Below, piece after piece: positions 53,444 to 62,909 of a DNA stretch of 63,014 nt (position 1 is the stretch's first letter; each line of letters begins with the position of its first letter). Below the pieces are notes generated by a model. That model was not told the DNA's origin and ran no database searches. It worked only from the letters and a program-made list of their open reading frames with translations. The DNA is from Bacilli bacterium (GTDB lineage: Bacteria > Bacillota_I > Bacilli_A > RFN20 > CAG-826), in NCBI GenBank assembly GCA_017447725.1, contig JAFSMX010000018.1, positions 1 through 63,014 on the forward strand, given 5' to 3'. A program made the translations under genes and the position numbers.

Positions 53444-56146
53444 TTAAGCGCTGAGTTTCTTTAATTCGAAGACAGCGTTAATTGTAGTATTTCCTGATGG
53501 GAGAAGAACACTTATTGTGTTCGATTCGTTTGCATCAGTAAATACTTGTGGTTGTAATAATGAGGTATCAGTTCCACCACCCATAAAGAATGCGATGATA
53601 GAATCAGCTGTAAAGAAGTAATCATTTGCTCCTGGTTGTGGATTTTCATATGGATTCCATTTGGAAGCAAACACATCGCCCTTTTCAGTATAGAAGATTG
53701 CAGGGCAAGACATGCTCAATGAAGATAAGATTGTGTAAATAGTTTGATACTTAGCAAATGGAACTTCTTCGGTCTTACAACCAGCATCAAGTCTCTTGGC
53801 ATCATTGTCAGCATACATAACGACATCACCATACCAGAATCTATTTTTAGACATGACATAGTCATGACCATCAAGGTTTAATGAAACAATGTTATAAACA
53901 TTCTTACCTTGTTGTTCAAATCTGAATGCATGACCAATCTTGTTAAAGATTTCGTTGTATCCTGGAAGAATAGCTTGGAAGACTTCCGGCATAATTGTAG
54001 CAATACCAACAGCTGTGAAGTAAGCTTCTGAACCGACAACATAGTTGTTGAAACTTAAGCTTGAAGCTTCGTCAACGTAGGTGAAGGAACGCCAAATATC
54101 CTCAAATTCAGAAGTTGCTGCATATGGGTCAATATCGCTAGATCCCTTCTCATCAATTTCTTGATCGCGAATTTGCTTTGCGTATGGCCAATAATTTCCA
54201 TCAGTATTAAGTTCTTCGATATCACCAGCATTAAGAATTGCGGCGCCACCGAAACGAGCGAATTCAGATGTTTTCACAACTGTACCAGAATTATGGTAAT
54301 TACAAATAGCACAGTTAGAGCAGTCGTAAACACGGCAGTTTTCAATAAGTGTGTTATATTTATAGGTCTTACTTCCCATTGTTTCTGTTAAGAATTCACC
54401 CTGAATCATCTTATCTGGGAATAAACCAATTTGATATGACTTAATAATGTTATTTTTGTATTCGGCACTACAATAGGTGTTTTTAGCTGCAATCATTGCG
54501 GTAACGCTAAGGACATTATCACCTGTAACTGTTTCAATAACACCTTTGGTGTTAAGGTTTTTCAAGATACCTTTAGCACCTTTAACAAGGTCTTTATTTT
54601 TATAGATCCAGTTATCGGTACGATCAACACCAATACCACAGAATTTGAATAATGAGGCGTGTCCTGGATCATAGGTTCCCATAACACTTGATGTATTTGT
54701 ACCATAAGTGTGGAAACCGGAGTTAGCAGCATCACCTCTGTTTGATTTACAAAGTGGGAGTTTGTTATCAAGCATGAAATAGTTACCATTGACTTCCACG
54801 TCTTGTGAACGGTCATCACCATTTTCAGCAGCGTTAATGATTGGGGTGTAAATTTCAGCACCGTCACGGAAACATTCCATATCAGCATAACCGTCAAGGT
54901 TTCCTGGTTCGTTAGCTGTAATGAAGTAATCAGCTGGAATGTCTTCTTTGTTTAATGTAATTTCATTTTGGAAGAAGACACCTTTAATGTCGGTATATTT
55001 GGTAATTTCTTCTGGAGTAAAAATACCGTTTGGATTTGTATTTTCATCATATGTTAAGAAATCTTTCCAAAGTCCAGCGGTATCAACATAGGCATAGTCG
55101 CCTTTGAGCTTATCGTAGAAGACTTTATCAACTTCGTTAGTACGAATGCCTTCGGTGTAATAATGTTTTGTACGTCCAGCTTCTGGTTGAGCATCGGCTT
55201 TACCAATGTGAGCAACATAACTATGATTTCCATCGGCGTTATAGGCAAGACCCTTGCTGGTGAGGTTTAATGCACCAAGTTCTTTTGCGGTATAAACGTT
55301 TAATCCGCTCTTAACTTGGAATGCGAAAGTAACAACAGCTGGATGTCCGTTACTATCTTCAGCAAATCCACTATCTTTTGGTGTAACTGTTAATTCGAAT
55401 TTTTTGCCAGCAGCAGATTCATTGAATTGAACTCCGCTTTGATTAGCTGGAATGGAGTAATCGTTAACATCAGCGTCAACTTTGGAACTATCAGCCTTAA
55501 CTTCCTTAAGGAAGAAGTTCTTTTCATAGTTTGTATAACGTTTTGCGTGTCCGCCAGTGGCACCTTTTAATTCAAATGATGCGCGTGGAACGAAACGGAA
55601 AACATTTTTGGTACCAACAGTAAATAAATCACTTGTTGACTTGAAGCTTGATTCTTCTTCTGGGTGAGCTTGAGAATCAGCGATTTTTTGTCTATATGTA
55701 TCGACGAATTCTGGAGCTTCGAATGAGTCAAGTGTGTATTTATCATCGGTAATTTTTCCAACTACGATACGACCAAGTGAATACTTTTCAGTAAGTTTGG
55801 TTGCAAAAGCGGCTTCAATGTTATATTCGCCCTCGGCAAGAGTGGTTTGATCATGTAAGCCAGATGTGTAAACAACGAGTTTTGTTGTATCAGCAACTTC
55901 AGATGTCACATCGTATTGGATTTGGCTTCCAGCATAAGTTTCTTTGGAATTGTCTTTATAAGACACAGAAACTTTAAGAGCTGACCAATTGATTGTTTCA
56001 TCAACTTGGTAAGCTGTCGGAATGCCAGAGATTTTCATATTAGCAACTTCTTTAACTTCGTCAGTGCCGTTTTTGCTACATCCAGCAAGCAAAGCTGTGG
56101 CACAGAATAAAGAAACAACTGCTAATGAGATACTTTTCTTATTCAT
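53444..56146 (-). CDS. Large lipoprotein of unknown function (Ig-like N-terminal module, possible beta-helix core)
   Basis: Lipobox LLAGC, 900 aa. A Cys/Asn/Gly-rich segment, NCRVYDCSNCAICNYHNSGTVV...GGAAILNAGD, suggests a parallel beta-helix. Confidence 0.55.
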   Translation of the reverse strand: MNKKSISLAVVSLFCATALLAGCSKNGTDEVKEVANMKISGIPTAYQVDETINWSALKVSVSYKDNSKETYAGSQIQYDVTSEVADTTKLVVYTSGLHDQTTLAEGEYNIEAAFATKLTEKYSLGRIVVGKITDDKYTLDSFEAPEFVDTYRQKIADSQAHPEEESSFKSTSDLFTVGTKNVFRFVPRASFELKGATGGHAKRYTNYEKNFFLKEVKADSSKVDADVNDYSIPANQSGVQFNESAAGKKFELTVTPKDSGFAEDSNGHPAVVTFAFQVKSGLNVYTAKELGALNLTSKGLAYNADGNHSYVAHIGKADAQPEAGRTKHYYTEGIRTNEVDKVFYDKLKGDYAYVDTAGLWKDFLTYDENTNPNGIFTPEEITKYTDIKGVFFQNEITLNKEDIPADYFITANEPGNLDGYADMECFRDGAEIYTPIINAAENGDDRSQDVEVNGNYFMLDNKLPLCKSNRGDAANSGFHTYGTNTSSVMGTYDPGHASLFKFCGIGVDRTDNWIYKNKDLVKGAKGILKNLNTKGVIETVTGDNVLSVTAMIAAKNTYCSAEYKNNIIKSYQIGLFPDKMIQGEFLTETMGSKTYKYNTLIENCRVYDCSNCAICNYHNSGTVVKTSEFARFGGAAILNAGDIEELNTDGNYWPYAKQIRDQEIDEKGSSDIDPYAATSEFEDIWRSFTYVDEASSLSFNNYVVGSEAYFTAVGIATIMPEVFQAILPGYNEIFNKIGHAFRFEQQGKNVYNIVSLNLDGHDYVMSKNRFWYGDVVMYADNDAKRLDAGCKTEEVPFAKYQTIYTILSSLSMSCPAIFYTEKGDVFASKWNPYENPQPGANDYFFTADSIIAFFMGGGTDTSLLQPQVFTDANESNTISVLLPSGNTTINAVFELKKLSA

Positions 56147-56203
56147 CTCTATTTTCCTTTCTTTCTCTTTTTATTATTAGCACTAAGTGCAAATAATCCA
56201 ATT

Positions 56204-56698
56204 TTAATCATCGTCCTCTTCGACAGCGTAACATTTAATACGCACATTGTCGGTTAGTTCGGATCCATCAATCGTGTGTAACATGACACGAACCCAACAT
56301 GGTCCATAAAAGGTGACGATGTTGTGATCTAGAGTAACTAGATCTCTCATTTCCCCATCAATAAGTGCTTGAGGAACTTCAGAAGTAATTTTTAGTTCAA
56401 ACGCATCAGCATTTGTGGCTTCCTTCGGACCAACGTTATAGCTGATATACAAATAAGGTAGACCATCTTGTTGGTCAAACGGTAAATAAATTTCTTTATA
56501 TGTCTTATGAGTGTCATCATCAGTATAAATTTCAACTGGAAGTTCTTCATCACTTCCGCGAAGTGTGTAACCTGTGATTTCAGCATAAGTTAAATATGAC
56601 TTAAACTGGTCGTTACGTGATTGCGCACCATAGAACGAGACGTAGAAAATCGAAGCAATTAACGCGATTAATAATAAGAAAATTGATGACTTTTTCAT
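56204..56698 (-). CDS. Small N-terminally anchored extracytoplasmic protein
   Basis: 164 aa with a single N-terminal helix and an acidic C-terminus (EEDDD). Confidence 0.55.
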   Translation of the reverse strand: MKKSSIFLLLIALIASIFYVSFYGAQSRNDQFKSYLTYAEITGYTLRGSDEELPVEIYTDDDTHKTYKEIYLPFDQQDGLPYLYISYNVGPKEATNADAFELKITSEVPQALIDGEMRDLVTLDHNIVTFYGPCWVRVMLHTIDGSELTDNVRIKCYAVEEDDD

Positions 56699-56701
56699 AC
56701 G

Positions 56702-58438
56702 TTAATTCTCCTGATATGTTAAACGAATCTTCCTTAGGAAGAACCATAATTCAAATCCTAGTAGTAGTACTGAAATGATTAATAAGCGAATATTAGGATT
56801 CACTGTTCCAGTTAAGTGGAAGAGGATCATCATTAAAAGGAACGCGACAGTAATTCCAAAACCAAAACCTAATGAAGCCATCTCATGGGCAGTAACGATT
56901 TCACTACCAATATCGGCTTTATCTTTATTCTTGGAGTGTGAGTAGTCATAAGATGCTGAAAGCAAGATATGGAAACATGACAAAATGAATAAGGTGATGA
57001 TCATGATTGGTAATGAGAACATCGGATCCTTGCAGTTGTTATAGAAAATGATACAAGCAGGAATCATAATGGCTAATGAAATTAATGCGTTATAAATTAA
57101 ACGTAAAGGTAAAGAAATCTTTGGATTGATTGGCATTGTCTTATTCACTGGCCAGCTTGGTCCATCTTTACTGTAAATGTATGAAGTTGATGTATTGTGC
57201 GAGAACAAAACAATTAAAACAAAGATGAAGTTAAAGACATAGATGTAATATGCACCTGTTGAACGAGTGTTAATTGAACAATAAATCTTGTTAGCTAAAA
57301 TTGAGACAATTGGCATAACGATAATACAGACTAATGAGGCGATTATAATCTTCTCGTTACGTATAATACGTAATGTCTCGTATTTAAGAACAGAAACCCA
57401 ATTCCAAACACGAACGTTTTTTCTTGGTTTTGTGACAGGTTTCTTGGAGATATTTGATGTAGCAATCATCTTGGTATAGAACGGTTTACTTAAGTAAGCA
57501 TTTCCAACAACTAAGAGGGCGATTGCACCAATCATAATTGCTAAACCAAGGAGTGTATAAATTGAAGCATATGACATGGATAAGCCATCATTTGTTCCAA
57601 GGAACATTCTTGTAATTGATCTTAAAACAGTAAATGTTTGAGAGAAGTTAAACAAGAAGTTATTCATACTCTTAGAGAACTTATCGTATTCTTCCATGAG
57701 GTTGATGTTAGATGGAATGATTCCGATTACTAAAATTGAGACATAAATGAATGCTCCAGCTAAAGCTAAAGCAACAAAGATTTTCACAAAATTAAACTTG
57801 TCAATGAATCTTAAAACATAGCAAGTTGGAATAGCTAATAATCCGCAGATCAAGACAATCACCGCCATGTAGAATAAATCCAAAAGGACGATTAAGAAGT
57901 AGAAACCAACACCGTATCCATAAATAATTCCAAATCCGATTAAGATTGGAACAAACATCATGAATGATTTCTTTAAGGCGTCGATGTAATAGACAATAAG
58001 TTTGGAAATAAATAATGTGTTGGATTTAACTGGGTATGTTATTAAAACGACATTATCTTTAGCGAAGAACAATGAGCGTGTTAAACCAATTAAGATTGAA
58101 ACACCTTCAAATACGGTTAAGATGCCGATTACCGGAATCATTGCATTTAATGGGATTCGATATCCAATAAAGATGTGGAGGTACGAGCCAATAAAGTACA
58201 TAATAAACCAGCAAAGTGCGGTTAAAACTGCAAATAAGATTAAGTAAGCGGACAGTTTGAAAATAGCCGCTCTCTTATTGTTTTTGAACGATAAATTCCA
58301 TTTGTCTTTTAATTGCATCAACACAAGTGTTGTCAACTTATAAGAGGCAATTTTTCTAAAGACGCGTTGAAAGAATCCCTTCACAGATTGAGTGGACTTT
58401 TGCAAAAAATGTTTAACTTTTGCTAGGAATTTTTTCAT
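56702..58438 (-). CDS. Polytopic membrane protein, putative ABC-exporter permease
   Basis: 578 aa with at least 10 hydrophobic helices. Starts 2 nt after the stop of the ABC ATPase fusion gene. Confidence 0.6.
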   Translation of the reverse strand: MKKFLAKVKHFLQKSTQSVKGFFQRVFRKIASYKLTTLVLMQLKDKWNLSFKNNKRAAIFKLSAYLILFAVLTALCWFIMYFIGSYLHIFIGYRIPLNAMIPVIGILTVFEGVSILIGLTRSLFFAKDNVVLITYPVKSNTLFISKLIVYYIDALKKSFMMFVPILIGFGIIYGYGVGFYFLIVLLDLFYMAVIVLICGLLAIPTCYVLRFIDKFNFVKIFVALALAGAFIYVSILVIGIIPSNINLMEEYDKFSKSMNNFLFNFSQTFTVLRSITRMFLGTNDGLSMSYASIYTLLGLAIMIGAIALLVVGNAYLSKPFYTKMIATSNISKKPVTKPRKNVRVWNWVSVLKYETLRIIRNEKIIIASLVCIIVMPIVSILANKIYCSINTRSTGAYYIYVFNFIFVLIVLFSHNTSTSYIYSKDGPSWPVNKTMPINPKISLPLRLIYNALISLAIMIPACIIFYNNCKDPMFSLPIMIITLFILSCFHILLSASYDYSHSKNKDKADIGSEIVTAHEMASLGFGFGITVAFLLMMILFHLTGTVNPNIRLLIISVLLLGFELWFFLRKIRLTYQEN

Positions 58439-58440
58439 CG

Positions 58441-60681
58441 TTAATTTCCAGTTTCTTGTCCTGTTTTCTCCATATAATATTGTTCGAGGTTAACTCCCTT
58501 GTCGGTGAGTTCCTTGACATTATCAACAGCCACAACTTGATGGTGAGAAATGATAATGATACGGTCACAAAGTTTCTCCACAATATCAATTAAGTGAGAT
58601 GAAAAGAAAACAATGTTTCCTTTTTCAGCGTGACGTTTCAAACATTGCTTAACTTGGAAAATTGACACTGGGTCAAGACCAGTTAATGGTTCGTCAAGAA
58701 TCCATAATTTTGGGTTATGAATAATTGATGCCATAATAGCAATTTTTTGTTTCATACCATGAGAGTAGGTTTGCATCTTGTTATCAATGGCTTCTCTCAT
58801 AGCAAGTGTATCTAAGAATTCTTCAAGGAATTCGTCACGGTCTTTTTGTGAGACTTCATAAAGGTCAGCGATGTAGTTTAAGTACTCGCGACCAGAGAGG
58901 TTTTCGTATAAAGCGTAATGGTCAGGAACGAAACCGATTTGACGTTTCGCTTGAACTGGTTGAACAGCGACATCAAAACCATTAACTTCGATTTTTCCTT
59001 CGGTTGGAAGATGAATACCAACGATAGCTTTAATTGTTGTAGATTTACCTGCACCATTAGGTCCAAGGAAACCAATGATTTCACCAGCATTTGCTACAAA
59101 GTTAATATCACGAACTGCAAATGGAGCAGATTCAGAGTAGCGTTTCCCAAAATGGGAAATGACTAATTTGTCGACACTTTCAGGATTCATACAAGACGAA
59201 ACCTCCTTTTGATTAAATTTCTGAGTTAAAGCAAGCTGATCCATTCTCATGGTCGCTGCACGATTGTTTAAATAAATTAAGGTATCTTGGAATTGGAAGA
59301 TCCAAGCATAGACGTACCACATTCCAACGGACATTAAAACGAATCCAAAGAAATAGATCACTTGATAGAGTGGGTACATCGTGAAGTGTTTGTCAGCAAT
59401 ATCGAAGTTCCAGGCAAACTTATATAACAAGTCAGATGCGCCAACCTTCTTCGCGACAAAGTCGTCATTAATATAGAAGAAGTTGTATCGATCAAGATTA
59501 CCTTGAGCATCATAGCGTGGAACAAATGCGGTAAAGAATGTATTTGCGAATAAAACGATGAGGTAATAAATTGCAAAACCAACCATCGAATAGAAGAATT
59601 GTTTCTTTTTTGGGCGTGGGAATACACCTGCTAAAACACAAACAAGTGGACCAGCAAACGCTAAAATGTGGTTAGTAAAGAACTCCACTGCTCGAGGAGC
59701 AATGAAGTTTGTATCATCGGCATACTCAGGCATCATAATTGCCAAGAATGCACCAAGAATATTAATAAAGAACGTGAAGTAGAAAATTTTCTCACTTTTA
59801 GTGACTAACGCTAAAGGTAAGATAAACATCGCCGTATTACAAATGTGTAATGGCCAATCCCATGGATGAATAATATCAGCAAAACTATAACCGTTAGAAA
59901 AGGCAATTAATCCACCCATAGAAATGTAGAACATAATCATTCTCGCGTATTCACCACGACGATTTCTTAACAAGATTGGTAAACCAACCAAGAAGATAAA
60001 TGTCATGTACAAATAGTAACGATGTCCTGTCGCAAAACTCTTCATTGGAGCGTAGAATGTGACGTTTCCAAATAATGAATATGGAAGAAATTCTGGCATT
60101 GTAAATAAAACAGCTCCAAGAGTGCACATCACGAGTTCAACAATCTCGTATTTGTCCATCTTGTAGCTAATTTGTTCAAAGATTGCTTGATAAATCAATT
60201 TACCAATAATCGCTCCAAGTTCAACCGCAATAAGAATTCCACAAGCGGTAACATCGAATGTTTTAACTTCACCAAATATGAAATAAGGAAGGGAAATTAA
60301 ACAGAACAAAGCTAGAACTGGGGAGATAATGTGTTCCATTCGATGAATAACTTTGAATTTAAACATCGCAGAAACAATTGTTGTGATGTGTAAAACGATA
60401 AACATCCAATAGCCAAAGAGCGCCATTCTTGTTGCATCAGCAGTTGAAGCAACAGTTGTTACTCCTTCAAATGGAGAGAATAACTCGACACGAACAACGT
60501 TTCTAAGGTATCCCCCTTTGGAGAGCAAAGACCAAACGAAGAATAAAGCAAAAACACCCCACGCCACGATAACGTGAACTAAGTGGATGCGTTTATTTGC
60601 TTTCTTATAAACAAGAAAATAGGTTAAAAACATTAACCCAGCGGTTACTAGAGCAATAATGTAATACAAATACCTACCCAT
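58441..60681 (-). CDS. Fusion protein: polytopic YwaF/TMEM164-like membrane domain plus C-terminal ABC-2-type ATPase
   Basis: The N-terminal ~495 aa are polytopic, with WPLHICNTAMFILPLAL...GAFLAIMMPE...FFTNHILAF. The C-terminus has GPNGAGKST, YSHGMKQK and ILDEPLTGLD. Confidence 0.7.
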   Translation of the reverse strand: MGRYLYYIIALVTAGLMFLTYFLVYKKANKRIHLVHVIVAWGVFALFFVWSLLSKGGYLRNVVRVELFSPFEGVTTVASTADATRMALFGYWMFIVLHITTIVSAMFKFKVIHRMEHIISPVLALFCLISLPYFIFGEVKTFDVTACGILIAVELGAIIGKLIYQAIFEQISYKMDKYEIVELVMCTLGAVLFTMPEFLPYSLFGNVTFYAPMKSFATGHRYYLYMTFIFLVGLPILLRNRRGEYARMIMFYISMGGLIAFSNGYSFADIIHPWDWPLHICNTAMFILPLALVTKSEKIFYFTFFINILGAFLAIMMPEYADDTNFIAPRAVEFFTNHILAFAGPLVCVLAGVFPRPKKKQFFYSMVGFAIYYLIVLFANTFFTAFVPRYDAQGNLDRYNFFYINDDFVAKKVGASDLLYKFAWNFDIADKHFTMYPLYQVIYFFGFVLMSVGMWYVYAWIFQFQDTLIYLNNRAATMRMDQLALTQKFNQKEVSSCMNPESVDKLVISHFGKRYSESAPFAVRDINFVANAGEIIGFLGPNGAGKSTTIKAIVGIHLPTEGKIEVNGFDVAVQPVQAKRQIGFVPDHYALYENLSGREYLNYIADLYEVSQKDRDEFLEEFLDTLAMREAIDNKMQTYSHGMKQKIAIMASIIHNPKLWILDEPLTGLDPVSIFQVKQCLKRHAEKGNIVFFSSHLIDIVEKLCDRIIIISHHQVVAVDNVKELTDKGVNLEQYYMEKTGQETGN

Positions 60682-60736
60682 TTTCTTTCGCTATAGATTT
60701 ATACAATTAAATCTTTTGATTTTATTGGAATAAGTT

Positions 60737-62419
60737 TTATTCAATGGCTAGTAAGAACTTGTAAACGGCTTGTCCGCCATCAACACAACCAACTTCGAGA
60801 TGAGGGAATTTTTGTTTGACCCAATCCATGTTTTTCTTTCGTTCGGCTTCACTGCAATCCTTACCAAAGAAAACTGTGAGAAGTTGTTTGTCTTGGATGT
60901 CAGGGATCTTTCTTAAAAGATCACCAACACAATGGTACTTATTAATTGTTGAGGCAACAACTTTACCATCAACAATACAAAGGTTATCACCTTTACGGAT
61001 GTTAACTCCGTTGAGTCTGGTGCTACGAATAGCAGTTGTAATTGAACCAGAAACAACGTTTCTTAAAGCAGCGTTAAAGTTACCCATGATGAGTTCAAGA
61101 TCATCACTGGAGAAATCTAACATTGTTAGAGCAGAGTAACATTGTGGGATGAAGTTACTAGCAGCAACTTTTACTTTCGCAGCTTTATATAATCCAGCTG
61201 CTTGTTTAGCAGCCATAATAATATTTTTGTTATTTGGGAAAACAATAATATTTTCAGCATCTAATTGTTTGAAAGCTTTTAAGAAGTCTTCGGTAGATGG
61301 GTTCATTGTTTGGTTCCCTTTAACAATGACATCAACACCTAAAGCTTCGAATTGAGAACAAATTCCTTCGCCTTGAGCAACGGCAACAATAGCGTATTTC
61401 TTGTGTTCTCTCTTTTGAGAAGCAAGTTTTTCTTCTTCGGTCATGTTTTCATTATGTTGAAGAGACATGTTCTCAACTTTGGTGGTTAAAAATTCACCAA
61501 ATTGACGCATCTTGTGAAGAACTAAACCTGGGTCTTTGGTGTGAACGTGAACTTTGACGACGTCTTCGTCTTTTAAGGCGACGATCGAGTCACCAGAGAT
61601 TTCTTTGGAATTTAAAATATCGATAATTGTTTGAACATCGAATTCATCAACGTTCACTTTTTTAGTTTGTAAACGTAAGATGAATTCTGTGCAGTAACCA
61701 TAAGTTACTTCATCATCACGAGTGAATGCAGAAAAATCAATTGTTGGTTTTTCTTCACCTTTTTCATCTTTCTTACCTAAGTCTAGTTCGGCTTCAATAA
61801 CTTCTCCGCCTAAGTATTTCACAATACCTTTAACGATATAGACGTAACCAGCGCCACCAGAGTCGATGACACCAGCTTCTTTTAAAACTGGAAGAAGTTC
61901 TTTAGTCATTTTTAATGACTTAGAAGCTTGTTTTAAGTGAAGTTCAAAGAATTCGTTAATCGTGGAATCCTTAGTCATCTTCTTTGCAGCATATTCGGTT
62001 GCTTCTCTAAAGACGGTCAGAATTGTTCCTTCGACTGGTGTAATAACAGCAGCATAAGCCTGCTTCACACCAATTCGATAAGCTTCGGCTAGTTGTTTAG
62101 CGTCAACTTCTTGTTTGCCTTCAAATGAACGGCAAATACCACGATAGATTTGGGAAAGAATAACACCAGAGTTACCTCTAGCTCCGAGTAACATTCCTTT
62201 GGAAAGAACTTTAGCAATATCACTTAAGGATTTGCTTTCTTCTTTGATAATGTTACTAACACCGCCTTCAATTGTGCGGCACATATTTGTACCCGTATCA
62301 CCATCTGGGACCGGGAAGACATTTAAATTGTCTACTTCTTGATAATGGGCTCTAAGATTTTTAGCTCCACTGACGATCAATTCTTTAAATTGAACGCCAT
62401 TCATTTTCTTAAGTATCAT
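60737..62419 (-). CDS. yloV: DAK2-domain fusion protein YloV
   Basis: VPDGDTGTNM and GARGNSGVILSQ in the Dak2 N-terminal half, with a DegV-like C-terminal half. 560 aa. Confidence 0.85.
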   Translation of the reverse strand: MILKKMNGVQFKELIVSGAKNLRAHYQEVDNLNVFPVPDGDTGTNMCRTIEGGVSNIIKEESKSLSDIAKVLSKGMLLGARGNSGVILSQIYRGICRSFEGKQEVDAKQLAEAYRIGVKQAYAAVITPVEGTILTVFREATEYAAKKMTKDSTINEFFELHLKQASKSLKMTKELLPVLKEAGVIDSGGAGYVYIVKGIVKYLGGEVIEAELDLGKKDEKGEEKPTIDFSAFTRDDEVTYGYCTEFILRLQTKKVNVDEFDVQTIIDILNSKEISGDSIVALKDEDVVKVHVHTKDPGLVLHKMRQFGEFLTTKVENMSLQHNENMTEEEKLASQKREHKKYAIVAVAQGEGICSQFEALGVDVIVKGNQTMNPSTEDFLKAFKQLDAENIIVFPNNKNIIMAAKQAAGLYKAAKVKVAASNFIPQCYSALTMLDFSSDDLELIMGNFNAALRNVVSGSITTAIRSTRLNGVNIRKGDNLCIVDGKVVASTINKYHCVGDLLRKIPDIQDKQLLTVFFGKDCSEAERKKNMDWVKQKFPHLEVGCVDGGQAVYKFLLAIE

Positions 62420-62537
62420 AATTTCTCCTTTTTGGGCGAACGCGTATTATTTAAGCACTATATACACATATACGCAAGAAGAAAAAAACATAATAACTAT
62501 GTTATTACGCTAATGATTACATTATAAGTTTGGCAAG

Positions 62538-62565
62538 TTGCAAAGTAACAAAACTTTGCTATAAT
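62538..62565 (+). promoter_or_regulatory. Sigma-A-type promoter P1 (TTGCAA, 16 nt, TGcTATAAT)
   Basis: -35 at 62538-62543 and extended -10 at 62557-62565. Near-identical to P2, which lies 253 bp downstream. Confidence 0.6.
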
Positions 62566-62790
62566 GTGACACAAGAACGGGATCATCCGAAACTGCTTTA
62601 TGTGCGTGAGCCAAGCACTCGTTTTTTATCGGATTAACTCCAATATCAAGTAAACAAGCTCAATGATCGCCAATAAGAAAGCAAAGACAGTTTCTTTGAG
62701 TTCTCATTTGGGTTACCTCCGTTTAATTGCGTCTCAGACTCAAGTAGTCAGGAGTTCCCGTTCTGCGTTTTAACAAGTTGCCTTTGTCGT

Positions 62791-62818
62791 GTTGCAAAGT
62801 ATTGAGACTTTGATATAA
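62791..62818 (+). promoter_or_regulatory. Sigma-A-type promoter P2 (TTGCAA, 16 nt, TGaTATAAT)
   Basis: -35 at 62791-62796 and extended -10 at 62810-62818. Shares gttgcaaagta...actttg.tataatg with P1. Confidence 0.6.
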
Positions 62819-62883
62819 TGAGACCAGAAGAACGAATCCTTCCAATGCGTGTCACGGCATCAGTCTAGGGATTTGTTTTTTTT

Positions 62884-62909
62884 ACCCTAATAATAGGGTT
62901 TTTCTTTTA
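62884..62909 (+). terminator. Terminator-like hairpin ~70-90 nt downstream of P2
   Basis: accct-aataat-agggt followed by tttttctttt. Confidence 0.45.

Noticed and set aside
8832-61355. About 60 short ORFs (60-143 aa) in the supplied track lie inside or antisense to long CDSs. Examples: 8832-9041, 10157-10369, 10403-10654, 11281-11517, 17375-17746, 26657-26936, 27323-27553, 28399-28671, 39797-40108, 50518-50946, 51009-51440, 54562-54897, 59358-59627, 60816-61139.
   Set aside because: Each is fully overlapped by a much longer ORF with clear family motifs. They lack SD sequences, and their compositions (for example runs of L/I/K/F or S/T/P mirror frames) are what alternative frames of AT-rich or repeat-coding DNA produce.
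62659-62706. The 15-aa mini-ORF interpreted as a type I toxin paired with the P1 transcript as antitoxin RNA.
   Set aside because: The peptide is short, charged and not membrane-like. The P1 transcript would not overlap the ORF itself. An rRNA/tRNA-leader structure explains the inverted repeats at least as well.
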